Shown: piece after piece, positions 27,920-36,543 of the stretch
Layout: each line of letters opens with the position of its first letter
How positions within the stretch are numbered: the stretch's first letter is position 1
Virus record (IMG/VR): IMGVR_UViG_3300045971_000344
Span: 230,945-294,944 of that record
Reading direction: 5' to 3' (one strand)
Length of the DNA: 64,000 nt
Notes under the pieces: generated by a model
Database searches by the model: none
Told to the model about the DNA's origin: nothing
Seen by the model: the letters and a program-made list of their open reading frames with translations, nothing else
Translations under genes and position numbers: made by a program

Positions 27920-28657
27920 ATGAAGATAGTTAGGATAGCATTGAACACCGCTGCCTCAGATAGTAAGAGTCTTGACTATTTGTTTGATGCAGACAACGGT
28001 TATGGGCAGACCCCTAATTCTGCTGAAATACAGAACAGAGGTTTTACCTTGTATTTACATCCGTCAGAGTTTTTATCACTTGCGGATGATCTACCTAATA
28101 AAGACCTAAGTTTTTATGAAATGTTACTGGATAAAGATGAACCTCTTGGGTATCCTACGCTAAATATTGATATGGGTAAGTATGGAAAGAAGCCCGCGTG
28201 GAGGGTAGAAGGTCATGAAGGACGTCATAGAGTAGAAGCAATCCTTAAGCGATTTGGTGATACCTATTTTATTCCTGTACACATGCTTACATGGCCCCAA
28301 AAGAATAGAACATTAACAGATGAATATTTCTTGCTACCTATTATAGGTCAAGATAAGTCCAAGTGGAAACGAAAAGAATTTTACATGGCAAAGGATAGGA
28401 TAGATAAGAATAGCGTACATGGTAACTTTGGTGTACGCAAGTTATCAAAAAAGTACCCACGTCATCCAGCTGAATTAGCTAATGAAGTATGGCAATCAGA
28501 CCTTAATAGAAAAAGTAGTCCCTGTGACCTTGAGAAAAGAAATAGAAATGAAGACGATGTAACTGAACAGGTACTACTGAATGAACAACCGCTCCATATT
28601 TATCACAATCCGAATCTATCTTTTAGGACATCTAATAAAATGAGGCGCGTGAATTGA
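27920..28657 (+). CDS. Leader-bearing ParB/Srx-like domain protein
   Basis: MKIVRIALNTAAS; VEGHEGRHR. Confidence 0.6.
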   Translation: MKIVRIALNTAASDSKSLDYLFDADNGYGQTPNSAEIQNRGFTLYLHPSEFLSLADDLPNKDLSFYEMLLDKDEPLGYPTLNIDMGKYGKKPAWRVEGHEGRHRVEAILKRFGDTYFIPVHMLTWPQKNRTLTDEYFLLPIIGQDKSKWKRKEFYMAKDRIDKNSVHGNFGVRKLSKKYPRHPAELANEVWQSDLNRKSSPCDLEKRNRNEDDVTEQVLLNEQPLHIYHNPNLSFRTSNKMRRVN

Positions 28658-28658
28658 T

Positions 28659-29564
28659 ATGGACATTAGAACAATAGAAATCTCTTCTGGATTTATAGAT
28701 ATACTTGATAAAGAAATTCAAGGTAAATCTTGGACCTTGAAAGTTTATAATCTTAGTAAGCCTGCTAAGACTTTCTTTGATCTAACTTTTTCACCCAAAG
28801 CAAAGATGAAGAAGTTACCTGCAGGAGAAGTAATAGATGACTATAAGCAATTAACTAAGATTGGGCCTGCCTCAGCATGGTTAAAATTTCCTTGTAGAAA
28901 AGCAATGGTAATTCAAGGCGCTAATTATAAGCAAGGAGCTAGTTTTTATGTAAACGGAACTTATCTTTATAAGAGTAGAAAGACTGGAAATTATATAGTT
29001 GAGATTTCTGATATTAAGGAACTTTTAAAGAACTTAATTGAATTAAAGTTAATAGAAAATAAACCAAAAGGAAATATTTTAGATATAGTAGCATATACTT
29101 TTTATAAGCGTTGGTACAATGCGGTAACAAAAGACTTACCAAAACATTGGGCTTTATATAAAGATTTCGATTTTGGTCATCTTAAGACTGTTAAGCAACC
29201 TGTTTTATATAGAGGTATTCGAGTATCAAAGTCCTTAGGGCTTAAATTAATTGAAGAAAAGAAGACAATAAAGCTCAAAGACCTGGACTATAGTTCTTGG
29301 ACCACTCGTGAAGGTGTAGCCGCAAGCTTTGCTTCGGGACAAAAAGGGATAGGTGTAGGCTCTCCTGAACCACCTTATTACCTAAATAAAAAAAGTGTTG
29401 GACTTATACTAAAAGTTCCTACAGCTAAATTAGATATATTCTTAAATAGTACTTTACTACCATCTGTAGCTAATGGGCTAACTTCACATAGTGAATCTGA
29501 AGTATTAGTTAAAGGTCCAGGTGTTGTCACCATTACACCTGAAATGGTTTGTGATATATACTAA
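28659..29564 (+). CDS. Leader-bearing ADP-ribosyltransferase (R-S-E clade)
   Basis: VLYRGI, YSSWTT, SESEVLV. Confidence 0.75.
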   Translation: MDIRTIEISSGFIDILDKEIQGKSWTLKVYNLSKPAKTFFDLTFSPKAKMKKLPAGEVIDDYKQLTKIGPASAWLKFPCRKAMVIQGANYKQGASFYVNGTYLYKSRKTGNYIVEISDIKELLKNLIELKLIENKPKGNILDIVAYTFYKRWYNAVTKDLPKHWALYKDFDFGHLKTVKQPVLYRGIRVSKSLGLKLIEEKKTIKLKDLDYSSWTTREGVAASFASGQKGIGVGSPEPPYYLNKKSVGLILKVPTAKLDIFLNSTLLPSVANGLTSHSESEVLVKGPGVVTITPEMVCDIY

Positions 29565-29584
29565 AATACTGAGAGTGAATTGAA

Positions 29585-31708
29585 ATGCTAAAAAAGAAGA
29601 GAGCGAGTGTGGGTGGTAGTACAACCAGAATTGCAATAAAAGATGTCCAGGCCAAGAAGTTAGATCTTAGTATGAACTTCAACTCTGATGCCGCTATAGC
29701 TCAAGACGCGACAATAAAGCTCACCGCGAATGTTGACCCTAGTAAGGAATCTAAGTTCAATATAAACAAGCTGATTAATAAGATCCTTAAGTCAGAATTG
29801 GGTGTTCCACTTGATATAAAGATAGACGACAGTAGTCTTCCTACGGCTCCGAATTTTGTAACGTTCTTGAATGAACCTCAATTCTTGAATGTCCGCGCGT
29901 TTGCCCGACAGAATGAAATTGGTACAAAGCTGTTCGGAGAATATTGCCCAGACTGCTCTGACTTAATCTTCATGGATAATATTCCTGTTGACTGTAGTCT
30001 AAAGAAATTCAAGAGAAAAGTACAGCTCCTGGATTTTGGATTATGCCCAAAGTGTGGGAAAGGTAGGGCTGAGTTTATAAAGCAAGGTAAGCTTCAATCT
30101 TATCAAGAAGCAGCGGTATGCTGTGGCCAACGTTCTGCCAAGTCCCATGTTACGGCAATGATAGCCTGCTACATTGTTCACCGATACTTGAAGCTCCAAA
30201 ACCCTACTCAACTATTGGGATTAGTCCAGGCGACCACTCTGCATGGAACCTTTGTTGCCTTAACGTATGGGCAAGCAAAAGAAACGCTTTGGGATCCTTT
30301 CCTTGAGTACATCTCAGCATCAGCCTGGTTTTCTTCATACCATGAATTACTTAAAGGGTATAACGCTAAGTACAATGAAGAGATTTTCAAGTTCAAAGAC
30401 ACATTCTTATTGTACCGTCACAGGGGTCTCTTGATTTATCCTTCAGGTCCAAACATGAAGACCCTTCGTGGACGTACTCGATTTTTTGCAGCAATTGATG
30501 AACTCGGGTGGTTCGATAATGATGCACAGAAAAATAAAGTAAAAGATAACGCCAATGAGGTTTATATTGCCCTCGAGCGTTCACTGCTTACTGTTCGAGC
30601 TGCCTCGAATAGACTACTACGCCAGGGGTACGATAACATACCGACTGGCTACTTTTGTAATGTAAGCTCCCCTTCTCACGCTCGTGATAAGATTATGGAG
30701 CTCATAAATAAAGCAAAGATCAGTAAAAAGATATTTGCGCTTCATAAGCCCACTTGGGAGATGAATCCCAATGTAACCAGGGAGGACTTAGAGGACGAAT
30801 TTACTAAGGACTTTGCAAGGGCAGACCGAGACTATGGAGCTAATCCTCCTTTGGCAAATAGCCCTTTGATTTCTAACGTAGATATGGTCACTCAGTGCTG
30901 TTCTTCAATAACCAATAGGATAGAATCCATAAAGTACAAGCAACGAAGCGGTAAGAAGGGAGACCAGTCTAGGTATGCTATTATAGTACCCAAGCCCGTA
31001 ATTAGTCCTACGGTATTGACCATAGACGCAGGATATAGTAACAATAGTTTTGCGTGCACCGTAGCAAGCATTGATAAACTGACTAAATTTGCATCCTTCA
31101 AGACAATGGTTGAGATCCAGCCCCGTCCGGGTGTACCTTTGAACTATACTTTGATCTACAAATACATAATAAAGGTCCTTATTGAGTCCCAGAATGTAAA
31201 GATCGTACGGGCCGACCGTTGGAACAGCTTGAAATTACTATCTGATATATCCGTAGAGTACCCAAATGTAGATGCAAAGCAATACTCAGTTAAGTATAAT
31301 GATCTGACGCTCTTTAAGGATTACATAATAGATAAAGAAGTGGTGTTCCCTAAAGCAGAGTGGAAAACAGAGGATATCGTCCATTTTAACTATTCTGAGT
31401 ACCCTAAATGCTTTTCACAGGCAGTTGTATCTCATTTTGTCATGCAGTGCGTAACTGTCCAAGATACAGGAAACCAAGTAAATAAAGGGTCGGGCTTGAC
31501 CGATGATTTATTTCGAGCAGCCGCACTGGCGTTTACTGTAATAATGGATGAAAAGGTTAATAAACCCTTACTAGGGGCTGACGCAAAAAGAACAAATATA
31601 GCAATAGGAAATGTAGCTGGACGGTCATTTGGATCAAGTAGTGGAGGTGGGGCATCTATTGGTGTAACCACTACAGGTAAAGCTTTGGGCTTCATAGGAG
31701 GTCGCTAA
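29585..31708 (+). CDS. terL: Terminase large subunit
   Basis: GQRSAKS Walker A variant, LRGRTRFFAAIDE Walker B, VSSP coupling motif, PTWEMNP, IDAG..N and DDLFRA RNase H-fold acidic residues. Confidence 0.85.
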   Translation: MLKKKRASVGGSTTRIAIKDVQAKKLDLSMNFNSDAAIAQDATIKLTANVDPSKESKFNINKLINKILKSELGVPLDIKIDDSSLPTAPNFVTFLNEPQFLNVRAFARQNEIGTKLFGEYCPDCSDLIFMDNIPVDCSLKKFKRKVQLLDFGLCPKCGKGRAEFIKQGKLQSYQEAAVCCGQRSAKSHVTAMIACYIVHRYLKLQNPTQLLGLVQATTLHGTFVALTYGQAKETLWDPFLEYISASAWFSSYHELLKGYNAKYNEEIFKFKDTFLLYRHRGLLIYPSGPNMKTLRGRTRFFAAIDELGWFDNDAQKNKVKDNANEVYIALERSLLTVRAASNRLLRQGYDNIPTGYFCNVSSPSHARDKIMELINKAKISKKIFALHKPTWEMNPNVTREDLEDEFTKDFARADRDYGANPPLANSPLISNVDMVTQCCSSITNRIESIKYKQRSGKKGDQSRYAIIVPKPVISPTVLTIDAGYSNNSFACTVASIDKLTKFASFKTMVEIQPRPGVPLNYTLIYKYIIKVLIESQNVKIVRADRWNSLKLLSDISVEYPNVDAKQYSVKYNDLTLFKDYIIDKEVVFPKAEWKTEDIVHFNYSEYPKCFSQAVVSHFVMQCVTVQDTGNQVNKGSGLTDDLFRAAALAFTVIMDEKVNKPLLGADAKRTNIAIGNVAGRSFGSSSGGGASIGVTTTGKALGFIGGR

Positions 31709-32364
31709 TGTTAAAGCATAAGACAGCACTATATGTTTGTCTATACATAACAATTTTTATTTGCTTCGCCACTTATAGTATCTCAAAAATACATAAGACA
31801 CAGGACCAAGTAAATAACTTAACCAAGACAGCTGATTATAAGCTACGAGTGTCTCGACTACAAATCCGATTGGATAACGTAGAGCAGTTAATTCATAGTT
31901 TAGAACACACGAAACAAGATAGTAAGGACGAAGTATTGGCCTTAATTACCTCACAGAGAAAACTGTATCAAGATGACCTCATGTATTTAGCCAATTTTTG
32001 CACCAAGCCAGAAGGTGTTAGACTTGGTAAGAAGTTAATTGAGGTAATTAATGCTGATGAATCTATAGATAATACTGAAATGGACTTATTGGTAAATGAT
32101 AAAGTCCTTGAGTTTCACCGTATATTACCACAGAGTAGAAAAGCAGATGCAGACGTAGTAAGTGTAACAAATGAATTACTAACATACTTGGATAAAAAGA
32201 TCAGGACAAAAGTTGTTGAGGCAGATATAACTTCTGATAGTGCGATATACTCTATACTTGCGCTATGTGTTATGAGTCTTTTGGTTTCTATTTACCTATT
32301 TATTTATGCAGTTACCCGAATCTTTAAAGACCTTAGCCCTCTTAAGGAAGAGACTGATCTATGA
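31708..32364 (+). CDS. Membrane protein: TM - four-helix-bundle sensor-like domain - TM
   Basis: Two TM segments flank about 150 helical residues; chemoreceptor-LBD topology with no signalling domain. Confidence 0.6.
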   Translation: MLKHKTALYVCLYITIFICFATYSISKIHKTQDQVNNLTKTADYKLRVSRLQIRLDNVEQLIHSLEHTKQDSKDEVLALITSQRKLYQDDLMYLANFCTKPEGVRLGKKLIEVINADESIDNTEMDLLVNDKVLEFHRILPQSRKADADVVSVTNELLTYLDKKIRTKVVEADITSDSAIYSILALCVMSLLVSIYLFIYAVTRIFKDLSPLKEETDL

Positions 32365-32882
32365 AAACTATCTCAAGGACTGAAATAACGGACTGCATAA
32401 CTAATTCCGTTATTTCATACTTCGTACATAAACGAATGGCAGTATTTAAAGAAATAGGTATAGAGACGTGGGGTAGGCGTAGAGCGGACGTCCTTTGTTT
32501 ATCCATGAAGAAACGAGAGATAACCCTTGTTGAGATCAAATCTTGTGAAGCCGATTTCTTAACCGATAAGAAATGGGAGACTTATTTAGCTTACTGCAAT
32601 AAAATGTACTTTGCGGTTCATGGCGATATTACTTGGGTAGATCGCTATAAAGACCTGTTTAAGCAACATGGAATTGGGATCCTTCATCTAACCCAGTATG
32701 GGACAATGAAGGTAATCCTTAACTGTAAATATAAGAAAATGAAGAAAAAGCATAAGCTTGATATACTGGTCCGATTGGCTTGGCGCTCTGGTACGTATAG
32801 TTTGCGTACTCATAGTAGACGCTATGCCGCAACTTCCTCATCCGGAATTAGATTTCAGACCTTGGCCGAGCGTAAACGTTAG
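32361..32882 (+). CDS. MmcB-family PD-(D/E)xK nuclease
   Basis: RRADVL...LVEIKSCEADFLTDKKW..YL.YC...YFAV. Confidence 0.75.
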   Translation: MKTISRTEITDCITNSVISYFVHKRMAVFKEIGIETWGRRRADVLCLSMKKREITLVEIKSCEADFLTDKKWETYLAYCNKMYFAVHGDITWVDRYKDLFKQHGIGILHLTQYGTMKVILNCKYKKMKKKHKLDILVRLAWRSGTYSLRTHSRRYAATSSSGIRFQTLAERKR

Positions 32883-32931
32883 GGTCTTCATAATTTATAT
32901 TAAAGGTGGAGTAATATAAAGGAGAATTAAA

Positions 32932-33222
32932 ATGAAGAAAATAGCTATTGGCGGTGGACTAAATACTAAATTAACTCCAAAGCAAATTCAAAAAGTTAAA
33001 GCTAGTGATCCAACCGGTGGTATAGTTAAGTATAGAGACATGGGTAGTCCTGAAGATAAATACGGTATAATTTTAGGCTCTGGTGGTTTCTTAGGACGCG
33101 GCTTGCAGATAATGGTGTACTTAGAAGACGGAAGTACTGTAATAATTGATATTGAAAAATCTCAGGTTATAAAGTATTTAAATAGTAAAAAGGTACGAAC
33201 TATTCTACAAAGATTTTTGTGA
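32932..33222 (+). CDS. Hypothetical protein with leader-like N-terminus
   Basis: SD AAGGAG; MKKIAIGG. Confidence 0.7.
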   Translation: MKKIAIGGGLNTKLTPKQIQKVKASDPTGGIVKYRDMGSPEDKYGIILGSGGFLGRGLQIMVYLEDGSTVIIDIEKSQVIKYLNSKKVRTILQRFL

Positions 33223-33270
33223 AATACCTAATACTAGAGATAATTAAATAACAAGTATGAGGTGAGGACC

Positions 33271-33768
33271 ATGCGTAAGGTCATTATAGCAGGATTCCAG
33301 GGTTACTATGATCCTGATTATGAACCTGGTGCAGTTATGCGCGAGCACGATGCTCGTGAAAAGGTTCGTAAAAAAGAAGAAGAGGCAATTAAGAACATAC
33401 CTTTTCTTGCTAAGAAATTGAAAGGTACCTTAAAGATAACTCCCCCAGTTAGGGGTAGTCTTAATCCAACTATCAAGTTTGTAATAGGGGATTGTAAAAT
33501 AAGTACAAAATATAAAATAAAAGTTAGTACAACCCAACAGTGTCAGCTCATAGTAAACCCTACACCTTCTGAACTTAAGTATGAAGAAATAGCTAGTATC
33601 TGGAAAAGAGTGATGGGTAGAGACTTTTCTAGAATTTATTTTCATACCTACAAGGATAATTACTTTGCAATAGACGTGGGCTATTTACTCAATTTTACTG
33701 ATGATGAGTATAAGAAAAGAACAAAGGTAATACTAGAGATAGTTAAATACTTGAATACCTTGAGGTAG
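33271..33768 (+). CDS. Leader-bearing hypothetical protein
   Basis: MRKVIIAG. Confidence 0.75.
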   Translation: MRKVIIAGFQGYYDPDYEPGAVMREHDAREKVRKKEEEAIKNIPFLAKKLKGTLKITPPVRGSLNPTIKFVIGDCKISTKYKIKVSTTQQCQLIVNPTPSELKYEEIASIWKRVMGRDFSRIYFHTYKDNYFAIDVGYLLNFTDDEYKKRTKVILEIVKYLNTLR

Positions 33769-33774
33769 AAACTT

Positions 33775-34503
33775 ATGAGAAAAATTACGGTACGGTTTAC
33801 CGAGACTAGTGCAGTACCTACTCCTTATGTAGTAAAATTTGTTCCTGCCACTAAAGACGAATACTCAAGTGTAGATGCTCATGTTATAGTTAAGACTACT
33901 GCAACTGGTGGTGTACCTATTACAGCCATAAAGCACTTGTTATGGGAATGTCATTGGCAGTTTTTTAAAAATGGCCCTCATTCAAAGTCATATTCAGGAG
34001 AAAAAGAAGTTATTAATGCTGTTAAGGCCTTGAAGATCACAAACCTGAAGTCCTTAAGTGGAAAGACCTTTGGGAAAACCACAGATGTGATCCAATTGAA
34101 ACTAAATGGATTTCGGATCTATAGTAGCCTACCTGAAAAGGAAGTTCTACACCTTGTAGAACATGCCTTAACAGCCCAGATTAAGGTAACCCAGACTGAA
34201 GAGGATGCGTCTATTAGACGAAAACAAGATGCTCTTAATTACAAGAGCTCTCCTGAAGGTAAAGCAGAAGATGCGGAAATGCGTAGGCTTGCCAATGAAG
34301 GCCGTGCTGAAGATAAGAAAAAGCTTGAAGATAAATGGGGTAAGGACGTAGTTCGAAGAGTGACTTCCAGACAAATAGGCGGTGATGACGGATGTCAGCA
34401 TTCCGTCTTAATTGATGGCCGGGTCTTCGTAAATGGACTAACCAGAAGTGAAGTTGAATACTATAAGGTTCAGGCCTATAAAATTATAATAAAGGGGAAA
34501 TGA
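33775..34503 (+). CDS. Leader-bearing hypothetical protein
   Basis: MRKITVRFTETSA. Confidence 0.8.
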   Translation: MRKITVRFTETSAVPTPYVVKFVPATKDEYSSVDAHVIVKTTATGGVPITAIKHLLWECHWQFFKNGPHSKSYSGEKEVINAVKALKITNLKSLSGKTFGKTTDVIQLKLNGFRIYSSLPEKEVLHLVEHALTAQIKVTQTEEDASIRRKQDALNYKSSPEGKAEDAEMRRLANEGRAEDKKKLEDKWGKDVVRRVTSRQIGGDDGCQHSVLIDGRVFVNGLTRSEVEYYKVQAYKIIIKGK

Positions 34504-34730
34504 TTATGAGTAGCGAACAAATTTTAAATCCGTTGTATGCTAAGCCAAAGGGTGAGGGTAATAAACCAACCAAGCACGTAGCAATGGCCCGTATAGAAAA
34601 CACTAGAGCAGGCGTATGCCCTAAGTGTATGACTGAAATGAGTAAGTCACAGTTAGGTCAGTCAATGGGAAATCAGACCGTCTTTTTCTGCACAACCTGC
34701 AGAGTGGCGGAACCTCTTCCCACGGTATAA
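34500..34730 (+). CDS. Zinc-ribbon protein
   Basis: CPKC...CTTC. Confidence 0.7.
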   Translation: MIMSSEQILNPLYAKPKGEGNKPTKHVAMARIENTRAGVCPKCMTEMSKSQLGQSMGNQTVFFCTTCRVAEPLPTV

Positions 34731-34733
34731 CTC

Positions 34734-35225
34734 ATGGCATTCAAACCGTTGTTTGAAGATTCATCTCTTGAGGTAACTGACACAACTGCTACTACTTGTG
34801 CAGGAATGACGGGTACCTCAACGGGTATGACCGACCCCCAGAAATTGAGAGCGTATAAGCTCTTTAAATACTATGGAATAACTGAACTTCACCATGGAGA
34901 CTGTATTGGTGCTGATGAGCAATGTCATAGGATTGCTGTACGAATGAAAATGAAGATCGTGATTCACCCACCTACGGATGACAAAAAGCGCGCTCATTGT
35001 AAGTTAGGCCATCCTATTATTCTTAAGCCTAAGCCTTACTTGGTACGAAATAAAGATATAGTAGACAGTTCTTATCTTATGTTTGCGTTTCCAAAAGAAG
35101 AAAAAGAACAGCTTCGATCTGGTACGTGGGCAACAATTAGGTATGCTAAGAAACAAAATAAACCTTTGATTATTGTTTTCCCCGATGGAACTGGAAAGAA
35201 GTTTAACTGTAAGAACCTTGACTGA
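34734..35225 (+). CDS. SLOG (DprA/YspA-like) Rossmann-fold protein
   Basis: HHGDCIGAD, YLVRNKDIVD, SGTWATIRYA. Confidence 0.75.
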   Translation: MAFKPLFEDSSLEVTDTTATTCAGMTGTSTGMTDPQKLRAYKLFKYYGITELHHGDCIGADEQCHRIAVRMKMKIVIHPPTDDKKRAHCKLGHPIILKPKPYLVRNKDIVDSSYLMFAFPKEEKEQLRSGTWATIRYAKKQNKPLIIVFPDGTGKKFNCKNLD

Positions 35226-35235
35226 AGGAGCGCTT

Positions 35236-35520
35236 ATGAAGAAATTAGTTGTACGAATTATTGAAACTAGTTCAAAAGTTAAAGATCATATCTATGATAA
35301 GGTCGATAAAACAGCTGAAAAGGATTATGCTAAAAAAGATAGAGCTGAAATAGAAAAATTAACTAAGCAAAAGAATACGGCAAAAGAGACTCTTAGGAAC
35401 GCTAAGAAAAATAAGTCAGCGACAACTAGTTATTATGAAGCCATGGAAAAGAAAATACAAGATTTAGAAACTAAAATAGCTAAAATTCGTGAAAAGGCAG
35501 ACTTACACCGTAATAACTAA
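35236..35520 (+). CDS. Leader-bearing basic coiled-coil protein
   Basis: SD AAGGAG, ATG 35236; MKKLVVRIIETSS. Confidence 0.75.
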   Translation: MKKLVVRIIETSSKVKDHIYDKVDKTAEKDYAKKDRAEIEKLTKQKNTAKETLRNAKKNKSATTSYYEAMEKKIQDLETKIAKIREKADLHRNN

Positions 35521-35539
35521 ACTTAAAGGAGAATTGTAA

Positions 35540-36046
35540 ATGAAGAAGATTACCGTAAGATTTGTATCAAATGCAGCAGCTGCGGAAACAAGCTCTGCAC
35601 GGAGAAAGAACGTAGAGCTGTCCAATGGTGGACCCAAAGGTAAGGCTTTTGATAAATTCTTTGATGCACTTGTCTCTTCACAAGGTAAGGCTTCTACCGT
35701 AGAGGGCGAGATCATTAGGGCAATGGGTAAAGTCGGTTATCGTTGGTACAATGACGGCGATAAATTTTACGAAGGATACGGTGCAGAAACAGCGGGCCCA
35801 TCCGCCTCGTATTTATATGAAAGTCCTGTCCCTGGAATGGCGAAATTAGTGGACGCCGCGGAGCGTGCTAGGGGAGACAGTGCTTATGAAAAGTGTATTC
35901 AAAACATGGTCTCCGCTGTAGTTGAGTACGTAGAGTCCAAGAAGGGTAAATATACCAAAAACAGTATTGATAACTTAGATACAAATAGCAAATGGCGCAA
36001 TGATGACAACGACTATGATGAAGACGATAACGAGTGGGATGACTAA
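35540..36046 (+). CDS. Leader-bearing hypothetical protein
   Basis: MKKITVRFVSNAAAAETSS; GEIIRA...YRWYNDGD; acidic tail. Confidence 0.8.
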   Translation: MKKITVRFVSNAAAAETSSARRKNVELSNGGPKGKAFDKFFDALVSSQGKASTVEGEIIRAMGKVGYRWYNDGDKFYEGYGAETAGPSASYLYESPVPGMAKLVDAAERARGDSAYEKCIQNMVSAVVEYVESKKGKYTKNSIDNLDTNSKWRNDDNDYDEDDNEWDD

Positions 36047-36078
36047 CCTAATATACTAAAAAATAAGGAGAAGCAACA

Positions 36079-36422
36079 ATGAAGAAGATTACTGTAAGAA
36101 TGACAGAAAAAAGCGCAATGATTAAAAAAGGTCTTCAAAAAAAGCAGCAGACTTTGCTGATTCTAATGTTTATAGCGTAGACTGCTGGGATGCTGTTACT
36201 AACAAAGCAATTAGAGAAGACTTGGAAACAAATGGCTCTTTTGAAGACGCAGAAAAAGAAGCTAGTAAGATTTATAAGAATGCAGTGGGCTACGCCGTTA
36301 TTAGGGAAGAAGAAAATACTGGAAAAGAAAGAAAGTACTCAGTTGTTAAGGGTAAGTTCACTAAGATGTCTAGCCTACGCTTACCTTATTTGTGGTTCAA
36401 AGCAGAAGAAGGTGGTAAGTAG
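36079..36422 (+). CDS. Leader-bearing gene that needs a -1 shift at A-AAA-AAG (programmed frameshift or pseudogene)
   Basis: SD AAGGAG; MKKITVRMTEKSA; 0 frame stops at 36180; -1 frame from 36141 is open to 36422. Confidence 0.6.
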
Positions 36423-36543
36423 TACGCTTAAGTCTATTCTTAATAGCGGGAAAAGGCTGACGAGCCCTGACGTAGTGCTTCTACGTATACCGCTACCGAT
36501 TAATTTAAATACTCCTGAGCACAGGAAAGGAAGTGTACAAACG

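Noticed and set aside
36444-36495. Hammerhead ribozyme (CTGACGA and GAAA are present)
   Set aside because: The CTGACGA is tied up in a hairpin, and the order of core elements and stems does not fit hammerhead topology.
36190-36543. 118-aa N-terminal extension of the portal ORF in the ORF track
   Set aside because: It overlaps the frameshifted leader gene and the structured intergenic region and has no SD; ATG 36544 has a purine-rich SD.
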